Source: the human T2T-CHM13v2.0 reference genome, Homo sapiens. From it: a stretch of DNA of 64,000 bases. The notes below the pieces were generated by a model. The model did no database searches. It was not told the DNA's origin and saw nothing but the letters and a program-made list of their open reading frames with translations. How positions within the stretch are numbered: position 1 is the first letter of the stretch; the number at the start of each line of letters is the position of its first letter. The position numbers were made by a program, and so were the translations under genes. Shown here in pieces: positions 38,439-51,836 of this stretch. The stretch lies in assembly GCF_009914755.1 (NCBI RefSeq), contig NC_060947.1; one strand, given 5' to 3'.

Positions 38439-41400
38439 TACCTTGGTGGCACCTGGAACGCCAGCGAGACACAACTGTTCACTCCCCAGGAAAGGGGGCT
38501 GAAGCCAGGGAGCCGAGTTGTCTTGCCCAGAGGATCCCACCCCCACAGAGCCCAGCAAGCTAAGTAACATCCACTGGCTTGAAATTCTCACTGCCAGCAC
38601 AGCACTCTGAAGTCAACCTGGGATGCTTGAACTTGGTCGGGGGAGGTGCATCTGCCATTACTGAGGCTTGAGTAGGTGGTTTTCCCCTCACAGTGTAAAC
38701 AAAGTCGCCCAGGAAGTTTGAACTGGGTGGAGCCCACCACAGCTCAGCAAAGCTGCTGTAGCCAGACTGCATCTCTAGATTCCTCCCCTCTAGGTGGGGC
38801 ATCTCTGAAAGAAAGGCAGCAGCCCCAGTCAGGTGCTTATAGATAAAACTCCCATCTCCCTGGAACAGAGCACCTGGGAGAAGGGACGGCTGTGGGCACA
38901 GCTTCAGCAGACTTCAACGTTCCTGCCTGCTGGCTTTGAAGAGAGCAGCAGATCTCCCAGCACAGCACTCGAGCTCTGCTAAGGGACAGATAGCCTCCTC
39001 AAGTAGGTCCCTGACCCCCATGCCTCTTGACCGGGAGACACTTCCCAGAAGGGGTCGATAGACACCTCATACAGGAGAGCTCTGGCTGGCATCTGGTAGG
39101 TGGCCCTCTGGAACAAACCTTCCAGAGGAAGAAACAGGCAGCAATTTTTGCAGTTCTGCAGCCTCCACTGGTGATACTCAGGCAAACAGGATCTGGAGTG
39201 GACCTCCAGCAACTTCCAGCAGACCTGCAGCAGAGGGGCCTGTTAGAAGGAAAACTAACAAAAAGAAAGGAATAGCATCAATATCAACAAAAAGGGTGTC
39301 CACACAAAATCCCATCTGAAGGTCACCAGCATCAAAGACCAAAGGTAGATAAATCCACGAAGATGAGGAAAAACCAGTGCAAAAAGGCTGAAAATTGCAA
39401 AAACCAGAACACTTCTTCTCCTCCAAAAGATCACAACTCCTTGCCAGCAAGGGAGCAAAACTGGATGGAGAATAAGTTTGACAAATTGACAGAAGTAGGC
39501 TTCAGAAGGTGGGTAATAACAAACTCCAACGAGCTAAAGGATCATGTTTTAATCCAATGCAAGGAAGCTAAGAACCTTCAAAAAAGGTTAGAGGAATTGC
39601 TAACTAGAGTAACCAGTTTAGAGAAGAACATAAATGACCTGATGGAGCTGAAAAACACAGCACGAGAACTGAATGAAGCATACACAAGTATCAATAGCCA
39701 AATCGACCAAGTGGAAGAAAGAATATCAGAGATTGAAGATCAACTTAATGAAATAAAGCATGAAGACAAGATTAGAGAAAAAAGAATGAAAAGGAACAAA
39801 CAAAGCCTCCAAGAAATATGGGACTATGGGAAAAGACCAAACCTACATTTGATTGGTGGAACTGAAAGTAATGGGGAGAATGGAACCAAGTTGGAAAACA
39901 CTCTTCAGGATATTATCCAGGAGAACTTCCCCAACCTAGCAAGAGAGGCAAACATTCAAATTCAGGAAATACAGAGAAGACCACAAAATTACTCCTCGAG
40001 AAAAGGAACCCCAAGACACATAATCATCAGATTCACCAAGATTGAAATGAACCCAGAAGAGAGTGGGAGCCAATATTCAACATTCTTAAAGAAAAGAATT
40101 TTCAGTCCAGAATTTCATATCCAGCCAGACTAAGCTTCATAAACGAAGGAGAAATAAAATCCTTTACAAACAAGCAAATTCTGAGAGATTTTGTCACCAC
40201 AAGCCCTGCCTTACAAGAGCTCCTGAAGGAAGCACTAAATATGAAAAGGAAAAGCTGGTACCAGCCGCTGAAAAAACGTAACAAATTGTAAAAACCATTG
40301 ACACTATGAAGAAACTGCATCAACTAACGGGGAAAATAACCAGCTAGCATCATAATGACAGGATCAAATTCATACATAACAATATTAACCTTAAATGTAA
40401 ACGGGCTAACTGCCCCAAATAAAAGACACAGACTGGCAAATTGAATAAAGAGTCAAGACCCACTGGTGTGCTGTATTCAGGAGACCTGTCTCATGTGCAA
40501 AGACACACATAGGCTCAAAATAAAGGGATGGAAAAATATTTACCAAGAAAATGGAAAGCAAAAAAAAAAAAAGGCAGGTGTTGCAGTCCTAGTCTCTGAT
40601 AAAACAGACTTTAAACCAACAAAGATAAAAAAACACAAAGAAAGGTATTACATAATGGTAAAGGGATCAATGCAACAAGAAGAGCTAACTATCCTAAATA
40701 TATATGCATCCAAGACAGGAGCACCCAGACTCATAAAGCAAGTCGTTAGAGACCTACAAAGAGACTTAGACTCCCACACAATTACAGTGGGAGACTTTAA
40801 CACCCCAATGTCAATATTAGACAGATCAATGACAGAGAAAATTAGCAAGGATATTCAACACTGGAACTCAGCTCTGGACCAAGTGGACCTAATGTCCATC
40901 TACAGAATGCTCCACCCCAAAATCAAAAGAATATACATTCTTCTCAGCACCACATCACACTTATTCAAAAATTGACCACATAATTGGAAGTAAAACACTC
41001 CTCAGCAAATGCAAAAGAACAGAAATCATAACAAACAGTCTCTCAGACCACAGTGCAATCAAATTAGAACTCAGGATTAAGAAACTCACTCAAAACCGCA
41101 CAACTACCTGGAAACTGAACAACCTGCTTCTGAATGACTACTGGGTAAATAACAACATTAAAGCAGAAATAAATAAGTTCTTTGAAACCAATAAGAACAA
41201 AGACACAACGTCCCAGAATCTCTGGGACACAGATAAAGCAGTGTTTAAAGGGAAATTTATAGCACTAAATGCCCACAGTAGAAAGTGGGAAAGATCTAAA
41301 ATTATCACACTAACATCACAATTAAAAGAACTACAGAAGCAAGAGCAAACAAATACGAAACCTAGCAGAAGACAAGAAATAACTAAGATCAGAGCGGAAC

Positions 41401-44400
41401 TAAAGGAGATAAAGACACGAAAAACCATTTAAAAAATCAATGAACCCAGTAGCTGGTTTTCTGAAAAGATTAACAAAACAGATAGACCACTAGCCAGACT
41501 AATAAAGATGAAAAGAGAGAAGAATCAAATAAAAACAATAAAAAATTATAAAGGGGATATCACCATTGATCCCACAGAAATACAAACTACCATCAGTGAA
41601 TACTATAAACACCTCTATGCAAACAAACTAGAAAATCTAGAATAAACCAATAAATTCCTGGACACATACACCCTCCCAAGACTAAACCAGGAAGAAGTTG
41701 AATCCCCAAATAGGCCAATAACAAGTTTTGAAATTGAGGCAGTAAATAATAGCCTACCAACCAAGAAAAGGCCCAGGACCAGACAGATTCACAGCCGAAT
41801 TCTACCAGAGGTACAAAGAGGAGCTGGTACCATGCCTTCTGAAACTATTCCAAACAATAGAAAAAGAGGGACTCCTCCCAAATTCATTTTATGAGGCCAG
41901 CATCATCATGATACCAAAACCTGGCAGAGACATTACAAAAAACGAAAATTTCAGGCCAATATCCCTGATGAACATTGATGCAAAAATCCTCAATAAAATA
42001 CTGGCAAACCAACTTCAGCAGCACATCAAAAAGCTTATCCACCACGATCAAGTTGGCTTCATCCCTGGGATGCAAGGATGGTTCAACATATGCAAATCAA
42101 TACACATAATCTACCACATAAACAGAACCAACAACAAAAAACACATGATTATCTCAATACATGCAGAAAAAGCCTTCGATAAAATTCAAAACCCCTTCAT
42201 GATAAAAACTCTCAGTAAACTACGCATTGATGGAATGTATCTCAAGATAATAAGAGCTATTTATGACAAACCCACAGCCAATATCATACTGAATGAGCAA
42301 AAGCTGGAAGCATTCCCTTTGAAAACAGGCACAAGACAAGGATGCCCTCTCTCACCACTCCTATTCAACATAGTATTGGAAGTTCTGGCAAGGGTAATCA
42401 GGCAAGAGAAAGAAATAAAAGGTATTCAAATTGGAAGAGAGGAAGGCAAATTGTCTCTGTTTGCAGATGACATGACTGTATATTTAGAAAACCCCATTGT
42501 CTCAGCCCAAAATCTCCTTAAGCTGATGAGCAGCTTCGGCAAAGTCTCAGGATACAAAATCAATGTGCAAAAATCATAAGCATTCCTATACACCAATAAT
42601 AGACAAACAGCCAAATCATGAATGAACTCCCATTCACAATTGCTACAAAGAGAATAAAATACCTAGGAATACAACTTACAAGGGATGTGAAGGACCTCTT
42701 CAAGGAGAACTACAAACCACTGCTCCAGGAAATAAGAGAGGACACAAACAAATAGAAAACCATTTAATGCTCATGGATAGGAAGAATCAATATCATGAAA
42801 ATGGCCATACTGCCCAAAGTAATTTATAGATTCAATGCTATCCCCATCAAACTACCATCGACTTTCTTCACAGAATTGGAAAAAACTACTTTAAATTTCA
42901 TATGGAACAAAAAAAGAGCCCACATAGCCAAGACAATCCTAAGCAAAAAGAACAAAGCTGGAGGCATCACGCTACCTGACTTCAAACTACACTACAAGCC
43001 TACAGTAACCAAAACAGCATGGTACTGGTACTAAAACAGATATATAGACCAATGGAACAGAACAGAGGCCTCAGAAATAATGCCACACATCTACAACCAT
43101 CTGATCTCTGACAAACCTGAGAAAAACAAGCAATGGGGAAAGGATTCCCTATTTAATAAATGGTGTTGGGAAAACTGGCTAGCCATATGCAGAAAACTGA
43201 AACTAGACCCCTCCCTTACACCTTATACAAAAATTAACTCAAGATGGATTAAAGACTTAAACATCAGACCTAAAACCATCAAAATCCTAGAAGAAAACCT
43301 AGGCAATGCCATTCAGGACATAGGCATGGGCAAAGACTTCATGACTAAAACACCAAAAGCAATGGCAACAAAAGCCAGAATTGACAAATGGGATCTAATT
43401 AAACTAAAGAGCTTCTGCATAGCAAAAGAAACTATTATCAGAGTGAACAGGCAACCTACAGAATGGGAGAAAATTTTTGCAATCTATCCATCTGACAAAG
43501 GGTTAATATCCAGAATCTACAAGGAACGTAAACAAGTTTACAAGAAACAAACAAGAAGAAAAGGAGGACTTCTGAGCCCAGAACCTCCAAAAGCAAGGAC
43601 CATGGTATTTCAAGGAAAGGTGCTTCGTTCTTCCTCACTCTCAATCTCTATCCTCCAAAGCCTCTACAACTCTTTCCATGTCGGTTACAAACCTCTCCTG
43701 CAACTTCTCCACCCTATCCTCACTTGTCCTCACTTTTCCAGCCATGTTCAAGAGATTACCCAGTCCTGCTCTATCTGCCACTCAGTGTCACCCCCGGGCT
43801 CCCTCTGGCCGCCACCTTTTCCTACCCACCAAGCCCAGGGCCAGGTACCAAGGCAATATTGGCAAGTAGACTTCACTCACATGCCTCCCAATAAACGAAT
43901 CTGCTATCTTCTAGCCTTTGTCTGCACTTTCTCCTGGTGGGTAGAAGCGTTCCCAGCAACTTCAGGAGGTGCAAATGTCGTCACGCAAACTCTCATTATG
44001 CATATAATTTCCCATTTCTGACTCCCAATATCCATCCAGTCTGATAACAGGCCTGCCTTCATCAGCCAAATTACCCAAGGCGTCTCTACATCCTTAGGTA
44101 TAAAATGGCTTCTCCACACACCCTACAGGCCTCAATCTTCAGGCAAAGTTGAAAAAATTAACTCTGTCCTTAAAGCCCAACTCACCAAGCTGGCTTTAGA
44201 AACCCGCCAGTTGTGGACAAGAAATCTCCCTTTCACCCTCATGAGACTCCATGCAACACCAAAAGCATGCCAACTGCAGTGAGAGTCCAAGGACTCCCCG
44301 ACTGGGCCCATTGCACCAGGGTCAAGCTCACCCCTAAGGCTACTCTTTCCTCCAAAACATTAACAGCGGGCAACACCCTCGGAGTTCCTGTATATAATAA

Positions 44401-44435
44401 CCTAAACAAAGAAATACGATCCTTAAAGGCAGGAG

Positions 44436-45045
44436 GAAGCCAAACATGGCAAGGGGACAGAAGCCAAAGATGGCAAGGGGACAAATGGCCTCCACAACAA
44501 ATCATCGAATATTACGGTCCTGCCATTTGGGCTGAGGATGCTTCGTGGGATTACTACACTTCTATATATATGCTAAATAGAATAATTAGACTACAGGCTG
44601 TTCTGGAAATGACTAACCAAACCGCCTCAGCCCTGGAAATGCTCACACGACAACAAAACCAAATGTGTGCAGCAATTTATCAAAACAGGCTAGCACTAGA
44701 CTACTTATTAGCAGAAGAGGGTGGAGTCTGTGGTAAATTTAATATCTCTAATTGCTGTCTTAACATAGATGATAACGGAAAAGCGGTTCTATAAATCATT
44801 TCAAACATCAGAAAAGTAGCCATGTACCAGTCCAAACCTGGAAGGGACGGGACCCAACAAACCTTCTAGGAGGGTGGTTCTCTAATTTAGGAGAATTTAA
44901 AACACTGGTAGGGACCATAATCTTCATCATTGGGCTGCTTCTGTTTCTCCCCTGTGTTATCCCACTGATAATAAAAGCCATTAAAACTCTTTTTGAAACT
45001 ACAGTTAGCTGCCAGACAATCCAGACGATGCTCCTGCTACAATGA
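44436..45045 (+). pseudogene. ERV env TM remnant (ERV3/HERV-I-like), SU essentially absent
   Basis: LNRIIRLQAVLE..TASALEML..AIYQNRLALDYLLAEEGGVCGKFNISNCCLNIDDNG; stop at 44792-44794 and later frameshifts. Confidence 0.85.
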
Positions 45046-45193
45046 CATGGTGGATACCAACCTGTCTTTCAAGAATACCCTAAAAATTAAGTTTTTCTTT
45101 TTCCAAGATGCCCACACCACCCCTATGTCACACCTGAAGTAGTTATTGAGAAAGTCGTCCCTTTTCCCTTTTCTATAACCAAATAGACAGGGA

Positions 45194-45538
45194 TGTAAGA
45201 TTCTCCCCGGGGCCTGAAAGCTTAAGGAGATGAAAAACTCCTCCCTTCTCAGGCCCAGTCCCAAGGCGCAAGGGCACTTGCATCAGCAGCATGCACCAGC
45301 AAGATAGCAGAAGCAGGAAGAGAGCCAACCAGAAGACACCTACCCTGGCTGGAAGACACATACCCCTGAAGATCGAGAAAGAGGCCATCCAGGTACAAAG
45401 GAGGAGTTACATCAGACTAGGACACTTCCTGTTTACAGGAGACTATAAAACCTTTGCCCCGTCCTCACTTGGTGCTGATGCCATTTTAGGCCTCAGCCCA
45501 CCTGCACCCAGGTGCTCATTAAAACAGCATGTTGCTCC
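45194..45538 (+). promoter_or_regulatory. MER48-like LTR U3-R with TATA box and poly(A) signal
   Basis: ccccggggcctgaaagcttaaggagatg...gatagcagaagcaggaagagagcc...ctataaaa...attaaaacagcatgttgctcc; family name from recalled consensus. Confidence 0.7.
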
Positions 45539-48500
45539 AAAAAAAAAAAAAAAAAAAAAAAACAAAACAAAAACATCAAAATGTGGGCAAAGGATATGAA
45601 CAGACACTCCTCAAAAGAAGACATTTATGCAGCCAACAGACATATGAAAAAAAGCTCATTATCACTGGTCATTAGAGAAATGCAAATCAAAACCACAATT
45701 AGATACCATCTCATGCCAGTTAGATTGGCAATCATTAAAAAGTCAGGAAACAACAGATGCTGGAGATGATGTGGAGAAATAGGAATGCTTTTACACTGTT
45801 GGGAGTGTAAATTAGTTCAACCATTGTGGAAGACAGTGTGGTGATTCCTCAAGGATCTAGAACCAGAAATACCATTTGACCCAGCAATCCCATTACTGGG
45901 TATATACCCAAAGGATTATAAATCATTCTACTATAAAGACACATGCACAAGTATGTTTATTGCAGCACTATTCACAATAGCAAAGACTTGGAACCAACCC
46001 AAATGCCCATCAATGATAGACTGGATAAAGAAATGTGGCACATATACATCATGGAATAGTATGCAGCCATAAAAAGGATGAGTTCATGTCCTTTGCAGGG
46101 CCATGGATGAAACTAGAAACCATCATTCTTAGCAAGCTAACACAGGAACAGAAAACCAAACACTGCATGTTCTCACTCATAAGTGAGAGTTGAACAATGA
46201 GAACACATGGAACATCACACATCAGGGCCTGTCACGGGGTGGGGGGCTAGGGGAGAGATAGCATTAGGAGAAATACCTAATGTAGATGACAGGTTGATGG
46301 GTGCAGCAAACCACCATGGCACATGTATACCCATGTAACAAACCTGTACGTTCTACACATGTATCCCAGAACTTAAATTATAATAAATAAAACAAAAAAA
46401 ATGTGAATCCACCATGATTAAGTAGGCTTTAGACCTGGGATGCAAGATTGGTTCAACATATGCAAATCAATAAATAAGTGTGATTCATCACATAAACAGA
46501 ACTAAAGAAAAACACACATGATTATCTCAATAGATGCAGAAAGGGCTTTCAATAAAATTCAATAACACTTCATGTTAATAACTCTCAATAATATAGATAT
46601 TGAAGGAACATCCCTCAAAATAATAAGAGCTATCTATGACATACCCACAGCCAATATCATATTGAACAGTCAAAACCTGAAAGCATTCCCATTGAAAACC
46701 AGGACAAGACTCCCTTTCTCACCACTGCTATTCAACATAGTATTGGAAGTCCTGGCCAGGGCAATCAGGCAAGCGAAAGAAACACAGGCATTCAAATAGA
46801 AAGAAAGAAAGGCAAACTATCCTTGTTTGCAGATGACATGATTCTATATCTAGAAAACCCCATAGTCTTTAACCAAAAGCTCCTTTAGCTGATTTAAAAA
46901 AAAAAAAAAAAAAAAAACACTTCAGCAAAGTTTCAGGATACAAAATCAATGCACAAACATCACCAGCATTCCTAGACACCAACAACAGCCAAGCTAAGAG
47001 CCAACTCAGGAATACAATTCCATTCACAATTGCCATAAAAAGAATAAAATACCCAGGAATACAGCTAACAAGGGAGATGTAAAGTCTCTACGATGATAAT
47101 TAAAAACCACTGCTCAAAGAAATCAGACATGACACAAAACAATGAAAAAACATTCCATGTTCATGTATAGAAAGTGTCAATATCATTAAAAAGATCATAC
47201 TGCCCAAAGCAACTTATAGATTCAATGCTATTCCTGTCACACTACCAGTGACACTCTTCGCATAACTAGAAAAAAAACTACTTTAAAATTTATATGAACC
47301 AAAAAAGAGGCCAAATAGCCAAAGCAATCCTAAGCAGAAAGAACAAAGCTGGAGGCATCCTGTCACCTGACTGTAAACTACACTACAGGGATACAGTAAC
47401 CAAAATAGCATGGTACTGGTAGAAAAAATAGACACATAGACCAATGGAGCAGAATAGAGGGCCCAGAAATAACACCTCACTCCTAAAACCATCTGATCTT
47501 CGACAAAACTAACAAAAACAAGCAATGAGGAAACGAATCCCTAGTCAATAAATGATGCTGGATAACTGGCTAGCCATATACCGAAGATTGAACCTGGACC
47601 CCTTCCTTACACCATATGCAAAAATTAACTCAAGATGGAAAAAAGACTTAAATGTAAACCCCAAAACTATAAAAATCCTGGAAGACAATTTAGGCAATAC
47701 CATCCTGGACATAGGCAAAGGCAAAGATTTCATGAAGAAGACACCAGAAGCAATTGCGACAAAAACAAAAGTTGACAAATGGGATCTAATTAAATTAAAG
47801 AGCTTCTGCCCAGCAAAAGAAACTATCAACAAAGTAAATAGACCACCTAGAGAATGGGAGAAAATATTTGTAAACTATGTATCTGGCAAAGGTCTAATAT
47901 CCAGCATCTATAAGGAACTTAAATTTACAAGAAGAACAAAACAAACAACCTCCTTAATAAGTGGGCAAAGGACATGAAGAGACACTTTTCAAAAGAAGAC
48001 ATACATGTGGCCAACAGGCATATGAAAAATAGCTCAATATCACTGATCATTAGAGAAATAAAAATCAAAGCCACAATGAGATACCAACTCACACCAGTCA
48101 GTATGGCTATTATTAAAATGTCAAAAAATAATTGATACTGGTGAGCTTGTGGAGAACAGGGAACATTTATACACTGTTGGTAAAAGTGTAAATCAGTTCA
48201 ACCATTGTGAAAGACAGAGTGGCAATTCTTCAAAGATCTAACGACGGAACTACTATACCCAGTATATACACAAAGGAACATAAATCATTCTATTATAAAG
48301 ACACATGCACACTTATGTTCATTGCAGCATTATTCACAATAGCAAAGACATGGAATCAACCCGAATGCTCATCAGTGGCAGACTGGATTTTTTAAAATGT
48401 GGTGCATATACACCATGAAATACTATGCAGCCATAATAAAGAATGAGATCATGTCCTTTGCAGGGACATGGATGGAGCTGGAGTCCATTAACCTTAGCAA

Positions 48501-49734
48501 ACTATCACAGTAACAGAAAACCAAATACTATGTGTTTTCATTTATAAGTGGGAGCCAAATGATGAGAACTAATGAACATAAGGAGGGGAACAACAGACAC
48601 TGGGGCCTACTTGAAAGTAGAGGGTGGGAAAAGGGAAAGGACCAGAAAAAGTAACTATTGGGTACTGGTCTTAGAACCTAGGTGATGAAATAATCTGTAC
48701 AACAAACCACCATGATACGATTTTACTTTTATAACAAACCTGCACATGTATCTTTCAACCTAAAATAAAGGTTTAAATAAAAAAGAAATATAAATGGCCA
48801 AAAACCATATAAGACAATGCGCAACACTACTAATCATCAGAGGAAAACAAATTAAAACCACAATGAGATACCACCTTACCCCAGTCATTATGGTCATTTT
48901 TAAAAGTCAAGAAACAATAAATATTGGTAGACATGTGGTAAAAAGGGAACACTTATATACTCTTGATGGGAATGTAAATTAGTACAACCTCTGTGGTAAA
49001 CACTATGAAGATTTCTCAAACAACTAAAAGGAGATCCATCATTCAATCGAGCAATCCCACTACTGTGTATCTACCCAAAGGAAAATAAGTCATTATATCA
49101 AAAAGACACCGGCACTCATATTTTGTCACAGCACACTTTACAATTGTAGAGATATGGAATCAACCTAAGTGCATATCAACTGATGAACTGATAAAGAAAA
49201 TGTGGTAAACATACCATGGAATACTACTCAGGCATTAAAAAGAACAAAATAATATCTTTTGCAACAACTTGGATAGAACTGGAGGCCATTATCTTAAGTC
49301 AAGTAACACAGGAACAGAAAACCAAACACAGTATGTTCTCACAGGTAAGTGGGAGCAAAGCTATGGATATGTAGGGGCATAAAGAGTGGCATAATGGACA
49401 CTGGGGACTGGGAAAGGTGGAGGATGTAAGGGGGGTGAGGGTTGAAAAATTACCTATTGGGTACAATGTACACTATTTATCTGATGGATGCACTAAAAGC
49501 CCAGACTCCGTCACTATACAACTCATTCATGTAACCAAAAACCGCTTGTACCCCTAAATCTATTGATATAAATAAATAAAGTGAAAAATAAAATAAAATG
49601 ATCATCTGTTTAGGTTCACCAATATGTAGTAGAATGACCCCAGGAGTAATCTAGCATGAGACAGTACTAAGAAATTATTCCTGCAATATGTCAAACACTT
49701 TACTTGTTGATAAAATGTATAAAATAAAATTATA

Positions 49735-50120
<386 letters not shown>

Positions 50121-50214
50121 TTAATTTGGAGGGACAAATTTCACATTTATCCTTGTGTATCACAAGTTCATTCTATTGTGATGATATATGGTTTTTGTTG
50201 AGCTTTATATTGAT

Positions 50215-50872
50215 CTTTTAATTGAGATGTAATTCTTATACCATAATATTTACACTTTTGAACTATACAAATCAGTGGTTTATAGGATATTAACAAAGTT
50301 GTACAACCATCATTACCACCTAATTCCAGGACATTTTCATCACCCTAAAAAGAAACTCCATTCCCATTACCATTCATTCTCTATTTCCCCCTACCCCAGG
50401 CCCTGGCAACCACTAATCTACTTTCAATCTATACAGATTTGCCTCTTCTGGACATTTTAAACAAATGGAATCATACAATATGTGTCCTTTTGTGCCTTAA
50501 TTGTTTCACTTAGCATAATGTTTTCAAGATTCATATATGTTATAGCATATATCAGAACTATTCATTTTTATTGCCATATAACATTCTATTGCATAGATAA
50601 TTCCATATGTTATTCATTTATCACGATGTACATTTGAGTTGTTCCCACTTTGGGACTACTTTGAATAATGCTGCTATGTATATGTATTCTAGTATAAGTT
50701 TTTGAGTAGATATATGTTTTCATTTCTCTCTGATACATACCTAGAAGTAGAATTACTGATTCATAGGATAGCTCATTTAACCTTTTGAGGAACTGCCAAA
50801 TTGTTTTCCAAAGCAGCTGCACAATTTTACATTTGCACAAGAAATGCATTAGGGTTCCAATTTCCATTTCTC
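50215..50872 (-). mobile_element. L1MB-like 3' end
   Basis: ttttaattgagatgtaattc...acattttcatcaccctaaaaagaaac...ccctggcaaccactaatctactttc; minus ORF with KIVQLLWKTIWQFLKRLN. Confidence 0.85.
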
Positions 50873-51174
50873 ATGTTGGCCCCTTTGGTATGGGTGGCCA
50901 TGAGACTAAAGAGAATTTCATCACCTCTCCTGGAATATTTGTACTACTGGCCACCCTTTTCTTGGGCTAGGTCCAGTAGGTTTCATGCCCCCTATGCCTA
51001 GTCCGACTTCTAAATCCTAGTTTACTGCTGTCTCCCCTTGACAGCCTTCTACTGAGACTCCCACACATGCTTTATATCCAAACCCACATAATTATGACAT
51101 ATTTTGGATGGCTTCATTATTCAGGTTATAAAGACTTACAATTACCTGATGGAAATTTATCAACATCATTTATT

Positions 51175-51400
51175 CTTGAGTAGCTCTTTAAAGTTTATAA
51201 GATACATTATTTCATTTATTTCTTAGAACACAAAAGTAAAGTAAGTACCATTTTTCCCATTTCAGAGACAAGGAAACTAAACCTCGGAAAAGTTAAGGGA
51301 CTTGCCCAATGTTACAGAGAGCCAATTAGTTGTAAAAGCAGTTCCCAAACTTTGACTCATTCAAATGCTATTCCAGTCCACTGATTACCTAATACTGCCT
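51175..51400 (-). mobile_element. MIR SINE
   Basis: cccatttcagagacaaggaaactaaacctcggaaaagttaagggacttgcccaatgttacag. Confidence 0.75.
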
Positions 51401-51781
51401 CTCTTAACATAGAACCATTTGCATAAATTGTACTATGAGGACATGTTCCCAAATTATTTTTGGCAGATTCCAGGTTCTCCAAACACTTTAGAAAATTGTT
51501 CTAGCTTGTCTATGATGAAGCATTGTCTGGCTTCCCTGTCTATCATCAAATTCACTCCATTAATTGTTCCAAAAGAATCAGTTTAGACTATATGTGGCAC
51601 CAGACAATGGAGCAAAAGCCTAAAATGTGGTTAATGTTTATAATATCCAACTAATATTAGGTGTAGATTATCTCATAATACTTCAGTTCTTAATCATTTT
51701 GTTCAATGTTTATAATACATGATTTTATACCCCAATTAGTTTGAATCCAGACTCTTTTGCTTAGTATTCAAAATTTTCGTT

Positions 51782-51836
51782 TTGAATGAAATGAGTACCT
51801 TTGCTGTACTTGAATGAAAGAGTACCTTTGCTGTAC
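51782..51836. repeat. 27/28-bp tandem duplication
   Basis: ttgaatgaaatgagtacctttgctgtac followed by ttgaatgaaagagtacctttgctgtac. Confidence 0.9.

Larger units (their letters stand above)
43555..45562 (+). mobile_element. Processed copy of a class I ERV transcript (HERV-H48/MER48-like): integrase remnant, deleted env, U3-R of 3'LTR, poly(A)
   Basis: Integrase motifs ([33 protein letters not shown]); env TM QNRLALDYLLAEEGGVC...NCC; purine tract then LTR start tgtaag at 45194; tataaaa 45444-45450; ATTAAA 45518-45523; A-run 45539-45562; no U5 and no 5'LTR. Confidence 0.88.

Noticed and set aside
39363-43034. L1PA7 ORF1/ORF2 as an active element
   Set aside because: ORF1 has a deletion and frameshift; ORF2 is broken by many stops and the ERV insert.
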